Assembly (NCBI RefSeq): GCF_009914755.1
Contig: NC_060935.1
Source: the human T2T-CHM13v2.0 reference genome, Homo sapiens
Direction: 5' to 3' (one strand)
Length of the DNA: 64,000 bases
A program made the translations under genes and the position numbers. Of this stretch, positions 39,959-57,651 are shown piece by piece. Below the pieces are notes generated by a model that ran no database searches, had not been told where the DNA came from, and was given only the letters and a program-made list of their open reading frames with translations. Within the stretch, counting starts at the first letter, position 1. Every line of letters starts with the position of its first letter.

Positions 39959-41364
39959 CTATAGCTGATTTGCTGGCCAGGCCATGTACCGTTGCCTTCC
40001 CAGCCTCCTGACCACAGCACTTCCCGACCCCTCACCCCCACCCCCTGGTCCTGGGCTCTGGGGAGGAGAACTGGGCATGAGGAGGCCAGCCCAGCCGCTG
40101 TGACCGATTGACCCATCTGGAGAGGACAGGCTTTCCACAGCCTCAGCGAGGGTCTGCAGCTGCCCCTGAGACCATGAAGGCCGCCCCTCCTCTCCTCGGG
40201 CTGCTTTTAAAAGAAGCTGTTGAAACATGGACTCCCCAAACCTTAGAATTCCACTGTCCTCAGAATTTGAGGAATTCCAAAATTCCTCAAACAAGAAGTG
40301 GCCTCAGTGAGCCAAGGGCCATCCACCCTCTTCGCCTAAAGCTCAGGCCGGATCATGCCTATGCTTGAAGCACCCAGGGGCAAGGGCTCTCCTCTTGACC
40401 TTGGATATCCATCCAGGTGAGGCTCTGGTGGGCCAGCCAGGAGGCCCAGGAGCCCAGCCAGGCAGCGTCCTTGGCTGCTGTTTTCTGCTTTTTGCAGGAG
40501 CCCCTCCCCGATCTGCACAGGGGCTTCACAAATTGCGTTCGGGAGAAACTTCCTTGCAGGCAATAGTTTCTTCTGGACCTAGCACCAAGACTCCTGCGGG
40601 CCATGCAGCGAAGGGATAGCACCCTCCCCGCCCTGAGCCCAGACCAGCTACCAGGCTTCGTCGGCCTCCTAGCAACAGAGATTAGGGTCCAATTCTGGTA
40701 CTTCTCTGCCTCCCCTACTGGCATCCCTCCAACCACGAAGGTTCCAGAAATGAAGGCCCCATTGTGGGGTGAGGAGTCATGCCTGTACCCCTTATCACCT
40801 CCTCAGCTTGTTCATCACCAGGAGCCCTTCTGGGTGGGGGACACACTTCCTGAACCCTAACTGTCTCAGACCATCCCTGTCTTTCAAAGAGCACAGCCAG
40901 ACCGGAGGGCAGAAAGCCGTGGTCAGCTATCTCAGAAAGAGGGGCAGGGATTTGCTGCACTCAGGCCTCTCCACCCCAATGTCCTGGGCCAGTACCTGGA
41001 GGTGCAGGGACCTCTGCCTCCTGCCCCACCATCGGAGACAGCCCAGAACTCTCTCCTGTTCCCCCAGAAGCAAAGGCGACCCTGCCCGCCCCACACTGCG
41101 GGCACTGGCAAGGAGCGGCTGGCGGCGGGCAGCCAGAGGGCTGAGGGATTCCTTCTGGTCTGACTGCGCGGGTGGTTTGTGGGCAGGAAGTGCTGCTGGG
41201 GAAGGTTCCCCCACCACAGGCAGCAGCAGCTCGGACCCAGGGCCCTTGTCCTCCCCAGGTTCAATTCCTCAGGACACACCAAGGAGCAGAAGGTAGCCAG
41301 GGTCAAGCCCCAGGGCACTTCCTGGCCTCTGGGGAGGCTGCTTGGAAAAGAGGGTGTGGACCAG

Positions 41365-41764
41365 GCCCAGCAGATGACACGATTCATTTATTCATTCAAA
41401 GCCGGTTCCCAGCGCCTTTCACACCAGCCCCGCAGGACTGGATGAGGGTGTCCTGCCCGCCCATTCCTGGGCCTCCACCCTCCCAGCAGGAGTCTCACTG
41501 AGCCACAGCCGGATGGTAGAAAAGCAAACTGGCCAAGTGATTTATTTGCAATGGGCACAGTGATGCAAAAACAAGATATTAAGACTATAAAATATGTGAC
41601 TACAAAGAACCAGCGAAATAAATACATAGATATTAGATAGTCCAATAACTTAAGGCGCCCGTGCAACGGAGCGAGGATCCGCGCGCACGGGAAGTTCTTC
41701 TGCTGCAGGGCTGGAGAGCGCCGGCCACGTCCTAGCCTCGGTCCGACTCGTCCAGCGTATGGCC
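41365..41764 (-). other. PHLDA2: PHLDA2 exon 2 (3'UTR only); 3' end approximate
   Basis: Acceptor cctttccccacag| at 41765/41764. Minus-strand AATAAA at 41541-41546 and 41387-41392. Confidence 0.8.
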
Positions 41765-42002
41765 CTGTGGGGAAAGGACTGGGTCAGAGAGCTGTGCCAG
41801 GGCCGGTCCGGGTCCAGCCTGAGGGGCCCCGAGACCCTGACGCGAGGGGGCCAGCGCGATTGCGGGGCGCCGGGTCCCCCAAGGAGGTGCAGCGCCCCCG
41901 CCCCGCCGTCTGGGGTTGAAGTGGTTTTTCCCAAAGGCCCCGGTCCCGGCTGTTAGGGCGCAGGGCTCGCCGGGACGCGGGCAGTCACTCACCGCGGCGG
42001 GC

Positions 42003-42461
42003 TCATGGCGTGCGGGGTTTGGGCTGCGGGGATGGCCTGGAGGGCTCCGAGGGCTCGGAGGGTGCGGCGGCCGCGGCAGCCACGGCGTCCTCGGCGGGTG
42101 CGGCGGGTGCGGTGCGTTCCTGGCGGCTGCGAAAGTCCTGCAGGGCGCGGCGGTTCTGGAAATCGATGAGCGCCAGCGCGATGGCCGCGTTCCAGCAGCT
42201 CTCGCCCGCGCAGCGGAAGTCGATCTCCTTGTGGTCGGTGGTGACGATGGTGAAGTACACGTACTTGCCCGTGCGCTCCACGCAGTCCACCTTGAGGATG
42301 GAGTGGAAGCGCAGCTCCTTGGGGCGCGCGCGGGGGCTGGCGGGGAACAGGCTCAGGCGGTCGGAGGTGAGCACCCCGCGCTTCTTCTTCCATAGCTGGA
42401 AGAGGCTGTCGCTGCGCTTCTCCAACTCGCCCTCGCGTAGCACCTCGTCGGGGGATTTCAT
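42003..42461 (-). CDS. PHLDA2: Pleckstrin homology-like domain family A member 2 (152 aa)
   Basis: [32 protein letters not shown]...[12 protein letters not shown], a PH domain. CDS lies in one exon; donor |gtgagt at 41992. Confidence 0.98.
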
Positions 42462-42540
42462 GTCGTGCCGAGCGCGGGACTGGGAGCGGCAATGCGGGCG
42501 GTGACGGCGCCGGCTCTGCTCCTCGTGGCCCCGGCGCGGC

Positions 42541-42580
42541 CTTTATAGCTGCCCCTCCCCGCCCCGCCCCTCCCCGCCCC
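42541..42580 (-). promoter_or_regulatory. PHLDA2: PHLDA2 TATA box plus two tandem 15-bp GC-box repeats
   Basis: TATAAAG (minus strand) at 42541-42547; gcccctccccgcccc at 42551-42565 and 42566-42580. Confidence 0.9.
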
Positions 42581-45500
42581 GCCCCGGCCCTCGGGCCACC
42601 CCGCCCGCCTGAGCCCCGCGCGCCCCGGGCCATACCCTCCCCAAGCCCAGCCGTCCGGGCCCGCACCGTCGCGTCCGCGCTCTGGTCGGTCCCCGGCCGT
42701 CCCCTCCCATCTCAGAAGCCCGCGCTCCTCTTGCCCCCCGTGCCCCAGCTGTCCGGCCCCGTGGGGTGACTCGAGGTCCCGCCCCGCCCGGGCGCTCGCC
42801 CGCACCGTCTCGCAGGCCGGCCCCGCGGAAGAATGCGCTGCAGCCAGCCCTGCCCGCGATGACTCACGCCGGGGAGCCCCGGGAAGCACCCGCGGGCCCG
42901 GGGCCGGCCCACCGTGGGGAGACAGCCGGGACCAGACCTTCACCCTCCAGGCGCCCCAAGTCCAGCCCTGCCGCTCTCGGGCTCCCGGGGCAGAAGGAGG
43001 GTCGAGGCCCCCTTCCTTACTCCCGAGCCCTGGCCGTTCCGTCCTGTTCGGGGGCCTTTCCCAGGGCCGCCCAGAGACCCTCTCCGAAAGTGGCCCTGCC
43101 CTAGCGGACCGAGCTCCTATCTTGCCACCCACGGGCTGCGCCAAGAACGACCACCTCTCTTAGCCTCGGTTTTCGCTTCTGTGAAATGGGAACAGTAACC
43201 TTTGCTGGATTAGGGAACACGTGGAAAGGGCTAGACCAGCAACCCATAGAGCTCAGAAAATGGAAGGGGAAGAGGAAGCCCGTTCTCCTCCCTGCGCCCT
43301 CGTAGTGTCCCGAACTGGGGTACGGACTGCTCCGACCGCGCCCCCACGACCCGGACCGGAGAGAGGTCCCAGGAGCTGAGGGGTTCGGGCTGGGCCGCGA
43401 CGCCCGCTCTCTGGGATCAGCCTGGGGGCGAGGGTCGGCGGGGGCGGCTGAGTCATCGCTTTCCAGCTGGGCAGACGGGCGGTTTTATTTACCCTCTTCC
43501 TTTAAAGGGTTTAATAGACAGGAAGCGAAAGCCGGCTCTTCCCGGGTTCCCAGGGGTGGGGGTGGAGCCGGCCGAGAGGACCCCAGAGACCCCGGCTACT
43601 ACTCCACGTCTCCCACCTTCCCGCACCCCTGCCCCCTAGCTGCGCCCTGGGGTGGTTACAGCAGGAAGTCCCAACTCTGGGGTCAGAATTGGCCTCAATG
43701 ACGGGGCTCACGCAAAATGAAAACGAGAGTCCCCTGATTCAAAATGTATTTAAAATGTCAAGACAGTGGCAGCAGAGCGTAAAACCCAGACCTGGGACCA
43801 GCCCTACCTCCACCTGCCCTTCAGGGTCACTGTAAAGGATAAAGAGACGTCCGGCTCAGAGGAGCGCCCCAGACCCGGTTCTGTGAATGGCATGCAGGTA
43901 GCAGCTGCCCGGTGGTCCCACCGGTGTGGCCAGAGGACCTGGCAGTGGGCAGGGATGTGGTGTGGAGGGGCAGTGCCGGCAGAGGGCAGGGTTGGGCTGT
44001 GCCAGGGTTCTGGCCTGGGAGTGAGACACCTGCCTGGGGCCGGCGGGTCAACACTGCCCCCTACCTGACACCTGTCCTTGCAGCAGGGCTGGGATCCTGT
44101 GGTGAGGGAGCAGCAGGTAGGGTGGGTGGGTGAGGGGAGGTCAGCCTTTGGCGGGGAGAGGGGATTCGAGCATTGTTCCGGAGAGGCTGCAGGAAGGATT
44201 CGGACTCTGGTGTCCCTTCTTTTGCTTCCAGAGGGCCCTGGGCTGCCGGACAGTGGGACCTGGGCAAGAGGCACCTCTGGGCAGTGGGAGACCAGGAGAA
44301 GCGGCCGGGGGCAGAGCGCTCTGTCACTGCGCCAGCCCACAGGTGCCTGGAACACCTCCAGGCCCACCAGCCTGCCTACCCCATTGAGGGGCCAGCCAGT
44401 GGAACTTCGGCTCCAGGCAAATCCCCCGACACTCGTGGTTGCTTAAGCACCTACTGTGTGCCTGCAGGCCTGGCTGGTGCTGGGACCCCAGAGGAGGGGA
44501 GAGGAATCCCTCTAAACCCCAGGGGCACAGCAGGTACATGAGGATGGGGATAGGGGTCGGGGGTACTGGAGGCCAGGAGGACAGCTTGGAGGACTCTGTG
44601 GGGAGGGCGTGCCCTCGAAGATTCCAAGGAGACCTTGAAGGGCCAGTGGTGCCCGTATGCCACCACTGTGCCCAGCCTCCACCTAACCCAGAGAACTCCC
44701 CAAAGTGGGCACTCCAGCCCCTGTTCCACAGAAGAGGAAACTGGTTCAGGATGGAGAGGGCCTTGGGGAAGGGACAGAGAACAGGCAGGAGCAGATAAGG
44801 GGCTGAGAGAAATGAGGGGGAGGAAGAGGGTTTGGAAACCAGGTGAGGCCAGGTGAGGTGTGCTCCCCCAGCCCCGCCCAGCTCCTCTCTTTGCCTGTAC
44901 CCCAGTGGCCCTCTCAAGGGAGGCTGGGAAACTCACTCCCCTGGGGGCAGGACTTACAACCCAGGGGTGATGCTCTGACAGGTGGGGCAGGAGCTGGGAG
45001 GCCAGGGGGCAGGGTGTGCAGCCGAGATTCAGAGGCCCTGCCCTCCCTAGGGGATTTCCTGCCCACTCAGCCCCTCTCTGCTATTCCCCTCATGGACACT
45101 GTGAAGACCTGGGGGGTATGGGGGTGGATGGCCCTTTAGGGGCTGCTGGAAATCAGGTCTGAGCCCTGGAGGCCAGGCCTCCCCAGGCAGCTTCTCTGCC
45201 CACAGTCCCTGCCCCAGGGGCTCAGTTGTAGTGGCCCTGGCCTCCCCAGCAGCTGCTAGACACCCTGGGCCCCTGCTCGGCCAAACCAGCCTGAACCTGG
45301 TTGCCAATGTGGGGGCTGGAGGGAGCCGACTCCCAAGCCTTACCAGCCCTGGACCAGCAGGTGACTTCAGGAGCCCCCAGGGTGTCTTTATGGACATGGG
45401 CAAAAATAAACCACGGCCTTAGGAGGTGAGAGGGGCTTGGAGGACACCATGCCAACTTGGCAGGTACTTGCACACAGGGGCTGCCCCATCCTCTCTGCGT

Positions 45501-47399
45501 CCACCATCCACCCGAGGGGCTTTACCACCACCACTAACTCACACTGCCGTCTGCCCCTCTGAGCCACCCGCCCTCTGCCAGCCCCCGCTTGGCCTCCCTT
45601 GCCTGAGGCCTGAGCCTCACCGCCTCACCTGGTCCCACCTGGGGCTGAGCGGTGCCCCCAGGAGAAGCACTGGCCCCAAGCTGCAGATGCAGAAAGGGTG
45701 GCTCAGAGAGGTGCAGTGACTTGTCAAGGTCACCTTTCCAAGGAGGGACCCTATCTCTATCCCCCAGAGCAGGCCTGCCTGAGGGTCCCCTCTGGAGGAT
45801 GAGGGCTGTGACACTCACTTCCTGGGATGTGGGGGAGGGATGTTGAGGCAGAAGAGTGCTGACACAGGGACCCCACATGAGGGTCTTTTGAGGAATGCCC
45901 CTCCTAGAGCCATTTGATAGCCAAGAGCCTGGGAGCTTCTCCAGCACAGCACAGAGATTGGAACCCGGCGTGGATTCGGCCACACCCCATGGGACCTGCT
46001 TCTACGAGGGTTCTGGACCACTCACGTGCTGGAGGCGGAGGAACCACCTGCCGGAGAGATGCCAGGGCCAGGCACCGGCAGGAGAGTCCGTGTGGCCCTG
46101 CCCCGTGCTAGTTCTGTGCGGTCATTTCTCCCTGTTGAGACTGCTTTCTTGGGTTTGCAGGGAACACTGGGTGGGGGTTTCAGAGAGGTGGTGACTCACC
46201 CAGGTTACACAGTGGCCAGTGCGGCCACATCCACAGCTTCCCCGATTCTGTGGCACCCTGTGGCTCGGGGCAGGAAACAGCCCTGATGTTCTGTGACTGC
46301 TTCTCAGGATGGGGAGGGGGCTCTGCCTCGAGTTGGTGGTGTCAGGCAGCATCAGTCCAAACCGGGTTTACTGATATTTATCTGAGGGGCCACATCCAGG
46401 ATTCATGCAGAGCCTGAGCCAAGGGCCCCCACCCCCGGGCAGGCATTGTACAGTCTGGGTGCCCAAACATCTGGCCTGGGACACTGGCTGCCCTGTCCAG
46501 CTGCCTGGACCCTTGGCACCGGAGCCCAGCTGTGTGAGGCTGTCAGCAGCTGGAGTAGGATGCGGGCACCTCTCCGAAACTCCCTGAGTGAGGTCACTTC
46601 CTTACGGTGACGAGGCCGGGCCCTCCAGGCACTTGCCCAACGAGCCTGGCCATCCTGCCAGCCTGTGAGGAAGCTGCGTGTCACAGGGCCCGGCCCAGTG
46701 CCTGGGGCTTGACACCACCCTCTTGTGGGAGGGGTTGCTCAGAGAGAGCCCTGCAGAAAGGCCCACTGCTCCTCAGTCAGGAAGGCCCACCCCTAGCTCC
46801 TCTCACCCCCTCCAGGAAGCCCTCTCAGATTGCCAGGGCGCACTCTAAGGCCTGCCTCCTGCCAACCACATACTGCTAGGCCATGGGTCTCCAAGCCTCC
46901 GCCCACCTGAGCCTGGGGAGGCTGGGGGAAGACCTAAGCTGCCTGGAGCTGCAGCACCTGAGCAGTGCACTGGTGCCACCTCACCTGAGCCCAACATGGC
47001 CCATGTGCCAGGGCCTGTGACTCAGGCTTGCCCTCTATCTGTCTCCTCCCAGCTGCAGCCTGAGGAAAGTGAGAGGCCCCGTGGCATGACCCACCTGGTT
47101 TTCAGACACTTGCTGTCAGCCTGATCTTGGCCTTGGAGGGCTGTGTTCTCTGTTGCTGTGTCTCTTCCTGAGCTCTTCCACTGGAGCCTGACAGGCAGGT
47201 CCTACCTCACAAGATGTTGGGGATTGATTGAGAAACCAGGAACACCCTTCTCCTTGGCCCCTGATGAGCTCCTGTTTATCCCTCAGTACCCTGCTCAGAA
47301 GCTATTATCAGCTCCTTAAATGCAGTGATAATGTTTTATTCTTTGGGAGCCCCAGGGATCAGCCCAGGCACTCAGGAAATGGCTAAAAAAGCATCCTGA

Positions 47400-47697
47400 G
47401 GCCGGGCTCGGTGGCTGACGCCTATGATCCCAGCAAGTTGGGAGGCCGAGGTGAGCAGATTGCTTGAGCCCAGAAGTTTGAGACCAGCCTGGACAACACA
47501 GCAAGACCCCCCCATCTCTACAAAAAAAAAATAAAAATTAGCCAGGCATGGTGGCATGTGCACTATAGTCCCAACTACTTGGGAGGCTGAGTTGGGAGGA
47601 TCACTTCAGCCCAGGCGGTCGAGGCTGCAGTGAGCCGTGATTACTCCACTGCACTGCAGCCTGGGTGACAGAGCAAGACCCTGTCTCAAAAAATAAA
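47400..47697 (+). mobile_element. Alu (AluJ-like)
   Basis: Alu consensus motifs. Confidence 0.9.
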
Positions 47698-48287
47698 GGC
47701 ATCCACGTCATTGTCCAAAAGACCCCCTCTGCACTGACTACTGAACGTGCAGACTGTTGGCGTGTGTATGAGACCAGACAGCCCCTTGCTGCCTCGGGTG
47801 AGACTGGCAGTCAGGCGTGCCAAGATGAGGGGGCCCCGTGGGGCAGAGTGGGGCCTCCGTCGGGCTCCATCAGGCTGGTGTCACCTCCACAGGGCTGCTT
47901 GTGGGTGGTTATGGAGCCTCCAGAGGTTGGGAGATGGGGCCAGGACACAGGGAGCTCAGGAAAGGGCCCTCCCAGCAGTCACTCGCAGATGGAAAACAAG
48001 AGCAGCCAACATGACCGCCCTGCACCTGGCTCGTGGGGATGTCTCCAGAAGCTTGAAGGAGTGAACCAATGAACAAAGGAACAAACAAAATACAGGAAGG
48101 GAGAGAGGGAGGACTGAGGTGGCCCCATGCCCTGCACAGGGCTCAGATTGCAGAATCGCTGGGGCAGCCTTCTCACAGCGCAGATGCTCACCCTCCTGGC
48201 CTGAACTTCTCATTCCGCCGGTCTGGGGGAGCCCTGGCAGGTGTATTGTCATTAATTATTTCCAACGTTAAAAAATTACCAAAGATA

Positions 48288-52250
<3,963 letters not shown>

Positions 52251-52611
52251 CATTTACATATGAATATCCATGCAGGCGGGGGTATGAGCTTGTGTCTCTT
52301 CCTGTGTCTGGGCCATCTTCCAGGAACCCCCCACCCCAGCCCTCATTATCTGGAATCCTCCATGTCTCAGCCACCCCTTGTGATGGTTGGGTTTGGGCTG
52401 GGTCCCTGTTGCTGTCATCTTACATGGCACTGCCTTCCTGCACACCAGACATGGCACTGCTGGGCTAGCAAGGCCCTCAGATGTGTGGTAACTGCCAAAA
52501 TGGCCTGCCAGTGGGGCTGTTCCTATTCACCCTTTCCCCCAAGGGCTGCAATGCCAATCTCCCCATGGCTAGGCCAATGGTGGGCACTCTGTACTTAAAA
52601 AAAAAAAGTCA

Positions 52612-53065
<454 letters not shown>

Positions 53066-53094
53066 TCATGTGCTTTGGTCTGTTTGAAAGACCC

Positions 53095-53460
53095 CTTTCA
53101 GGGACTGAATGGTGGCCCCCAATAAGACATATCCATGTTCTACTCCCTGAAACCCACGAATGTTACCTTTGATGGCAAATGGGTGAACATGACCTTAGTG
53201 GCTAGGGTGTGATATAGGAAAGGCCCCTGAGAGCAGGAGCTTCCCCTGGACTACCCAGGTGGGCCTCACAAGGGAGAACTATGGAGAAGCAGGCATAGGG
53301 GTAGGAGGCCACGTGAGACAGAGGCAGAAATCGGAGGGAAGTGGCTGCAAGCCAAGGAATGCCTGGAGCCCCCAGATGACGAGGAAGGGTCCCCACATAA
53401 GGTCTGGTGTTCTGGTCCTTGGGGAGGGCAGCCCCTGCTGAAAAGGGGCAGGTTGAGACC
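53095..53460 (+). mobile_element. MLT1-type LTR fragment
   Basis: gactgaatggtggccccc...gaatgttacctt...caagccaaggaatgc are MLT1 motifs. Confidence 0.7.
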
Positions 53461-55233
53461 CAGGGACCACTTCAGGCCCTCGCTGGCAGCCCCCAGGCTG
53501 GGGGCAGCAGACTCTAGCAACTCTGGCCAGTGCCTGCACCTGAGGCCCCATCTCCAGGCGTTCCCTCTTGTCCTCCCAGCCCTGCACCCGCCTTGCTCAG
53601 TGAGGCACTGTCCTCCCTCCTCGGACTGGCTTCCAGCCAGGCAGGCACTGGTGAGGGCCGGTGTGGGCAGCCCTGCCATGCCCAGGGTCTGGGTTCTGAG
53701 GAGGTGAAGCTTCTCCCCATGTCCCAGATACAGAAACTGAGACCTAGGGAGATTTGGAAACTTGGTGGACACCACAGACTTCTTGAGGAGCTCGACAAGG
53801 GTGATCTGTGTGGGTCCGCCCTGAGTGGGGTCCTGGACACAGCTGTAGCTGCCCCGTTTCTCCTGGGCTGGGCTGGGCTGGGCCAGGCTGTTGGGTTGTC
53901 ATGGTAAGTAACATCCGGCTGCCACCCTCAGAAAGCCATGAGTCAGCATGGCCAGGATGGGCTAGTGATTGGCACCTTGGGGACAGCCTAGCAGGTGGGG
54001 CCTCCCTCAGGCACACCAAGGTGACCTGGCCTCGGCAAGAGGCGTCCAGGCCTCACCCTGCAAGAGCTGGGCCCTGGCTTCTGTCCTGAGACTCGGGTCT
54101 GCATCTCTTAAATGGGGAACGTCCCAGGCGCATGAGGTGCCTGGAAACCCACGCCAAATTCAGCGCATCAGAAGCTCAGCCAGGGCCAGCCTGAGGAGGC
54201 GTCCTTCCAGGAGGCCCTGCTGTTGGGGGCCACTGCTTGCCAGTGTCTCCTGGTGGGTGGGGTCCAAACAGCTGGGCCTGGGGTCCCTTGGGCCCCCCAC
54301 TCCACATGGGGATGCTCCCTGGGGCGGGCTGGGGAGGAGGTGCCTGCTCCAGCAGAAGGAACCTGGGAAGGCACCTGTTCTGAGGGTTTTGGGGCAGAGG
54401 CCGAAGTCCATGCCAGGCTGTGGCCAGGCTGGCCTGGCTGGCAGGGAGCCACAGGCTTCTGCACACAGCAACCCCTTCTGCAGGCCCAGGGCTCCCTCAG
54501 GGCACTGCAGCTGGAGTTGGCTGAGTCTGGGACGGTCACTTCTCCCACCGCTGCCCCTGGCTGTTCCTCTGTTGCTCACCAGTTGCCCAGCCCTGAGCCC
54601 TGACTCAGAGCCAGGCAAGCCAAGGACCCAGCAGGGGCAGGTCAGAGGTCAGTAATATCAAGGTGTGCCTGGATGAGCCAGGCAGAGGCCAGGGGCTCCA
54701 CCTACCCACCTGGCTGGCTGGTGGAGCCAGCTGGCTGCCCCCTACCCACCCCACCCCTGCCTCCCACCTCAGGGGCAAGCTTGGATCCTGGCAGCTCATG
54801 CTGACTCAGCCTGCCCAGTGATGGGGCTGGGGGCAGCCTAGGGCATTTTGAGAGTGGGACAAGATGGGTGGGGTGGCAGGAAGCCCTGGACCTGGGACTT
54901 GGGGAAGGGGGCTCTGGCCCCATGGGTGGCCCTTGGGCCTGGGGAGGTTTGCTGGGCAGCAGGACAGGAGCAGAGTGGGATGTCGGCTTGGTCCCAGCTC
55001 CACATAAACAGGAGTCATGAGCCTAGAGAGCAGACTGGCCAGGTAGGCTGACCTGGGGTACACACCACCCGCGGACCCACACGCCAGGCAGCTGTGGACA
55101 AGGGTCCCAGGTGACCCTGCTGGGGAAAGCAGCAGCCATCAGGTTCTAGGGAGCCATAGCTCCTGACTCAAGGGAAAAAACAGAATTTTAAGTGGAATCA
55201 CCCTGTTTTGGGGACTTCTGAAAACTGAGCTTC

Positions 55234-55538
<305 letters not shown>

Positions 55539-57651
55539 TCATTGAGGACTAACTTATATACAACCAAATATACCCATTTTTGATGTAACTCAATGAATTT
55601 TGACAGACGTATACACCTGTGTAACCACTTCCATCCCTCTAAAGCGTTCCTTGGTCAATCCCCCCACCCCAGATCCCTCCCAGGCAGTCACCGGCACTAT
55701 AGCTTTGCAGGCTCTAGAACCGGACAGAAACAGGGCCCTCCAGGTCTTCTGTGCCTGGCTGCTTGCCGTGCGGGTTCTTTCCCTCCTTGCCCAGGAGCAC
55801 CCGTGTGATGGCAGCTGACAGAAGCGTCTGAGCCACCTGTGCAGGGGGTGGGGGTGCCCCAGGCCCCACCTCCCATCTCCCGGGCTGCTCCCCAAACTCC
55901 TGCCCTGACCCCAGCGCCACTGGTTTTGAGTCTCAGTTCCCGCACAGGGTGAACAGTCACAGGAAGGGCAGGGGCTGGGGGAGCCCCAAGCGGGGTGGGG
56001 TGGGTGGGGCGGGGCTGGACGGTGAATGTCTGCCTCCCCAGCCAGGGGCTGAGTCGGGAAAAAGGAGGGCCTGGGCTAGCAGAGCTGAGGTTCTGTGGCA
56101 GACCCCCTGGCCTCCAGGACCAGAAGGGAAGCAGCCACCCTTCACCCAGGCCAGGCTGGGCGGCCGCCACAAGCCCCCACTTCCCAGCTGCCTTCCAGAT
56201 GGTGGCTCTGGGCAAACCTCTCAACCACTCAGCGACTTTCGGTGACCACTGATGGCTGAGGTTCCTGAGCTGACAATGGCCTGGGCCTGGGATGGTTCCT
56301 GGGCTCCTTGGCCACTGGAGAATGACCTTCCCTTTTCTGAGACCCTGGGGTGCAGGCAGGACACGGCGGCCATGCAGGGGTGACAGAGGCCGGAGGTGCT
56401 GAGGTCCTGGGGGAGACCAGGTTGCCTGCACCCTCGGGCCTCCACAGCTCCCCAGGCTTCACGTTGAGGTCCTGCACCCAGATGTCCTTGGAACTGGGCA
56501 GCATCCACGAACCATGCACTCCCAAGGTCAGACTCACTGGGGGACACAGGAACCCAGCTCAGTGAAGGATGCACGCAGGTGGGTGCAGGGTTCTCACACA
56601 CTTCTTACTCAAAAGGGAAAATCCAGATACCCCCACCCCCAGAAGCCACAATGTTAAGCCCTTTCCCCTGCTTGTGCAAATCTGATCGAAAAGTGCAAAT
56701 CTGATCTAAAACCACCCAGCTAGGTAGTGAGGGGCACTCCCCAAGCCTGTGGAGCCCTTCCTAAAAAGGCACTCTGGGCACCCAGTGGACAGGGCAGTGT
56801 GCAGGGCTGTCTCCGCAGCTGAAGGGCGGGTCACTGCAAAACAGCATATGCCCCTTGGATTATGGGGTCTGACCCTGGGCAGACCAAGTAAGGCCAGGGT
56901 GCTGCTCACCCATGGGGCCACCCTGAGGCTGGGGAGCCTGAGACCAAGCTCCCCCAGGTACTTCACAGGATGGGGACGGAGGAACGGGTGCAGGAAGCAC
57001 AGACATCAGGCTCCCCGGCCCTTGGGGGTATGCTGCAAGCATTCACTTCCCAGCCTGCACCTGCCCTTCCTGCTGCTCCCAGAGAGAAGGCAGCCCACGG
57101 GTGAGCTGGAGGCAGCAGGGCGGGGCCAGCCACGTGGGGAGCAATGAGCCAGCTCCACGGCTGCCTTCTCATGACAGCGTTTCATTCACCAGGCGGCGCT
57201 GCCAAGGCTGGGATTCCCACGGTCAGGTCAGGAAGTGCCGGTGCAGCAGGTGTTGAGTGCCTCCTCTCATTGTGGATGGAAGAGACACGGGGAAAAGCTT
57301 CAGAGAGCAAACACACCTAACATGGGCTTTATCAGGAAGTTCTCCTCTTGGAGCCTTCTGGATCTACAAAGCACAGTCCCACTAACTCTGAGAAATGATC
57401 CCCTCCTGGGGGCAGGAACAGTCTTCCCCTGGGCCCGCAGTGAAGCTGCCTGCATACAGCAGCAACTTAGGTGTAGTGGGGGGGCTACAGCAGCCTCTGC
57501 CTCAAACTGAGCTTTCAAGGCCTCAGAAGTAAACTGTACAACCGGTCTTGGAGCCACCAATACCCAGGGCTCAACAGAGCCCAACAGGTGTGCAGCACAT
57601 CTGAGCCTTCCCCACCACATTCCCCTGCAAAGACCCACATGGCACAGTGCT

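Larger units (their letters stand above)
41650..43500. promoter_or_regulatory. PHLDA2: PHLDA2 CpG island
   Basis: Dense CpG across the gene body and promoter. Confidence 0.85.

Noticed and set aside
41916-43144. Several 159-228-aa ORFs overlapping PHLDA2 in other frames or strands
   Set aside because: CpG-island stop-codon depletion, with non-ATG starts and Gly/Arg/Pro-rich products.
56674-56711. 19-bp tandem duplication gtgcaaatctgatc(g/t)aaaa
   Set aside because: A simple two-copy slippage duplication with no supporting context.
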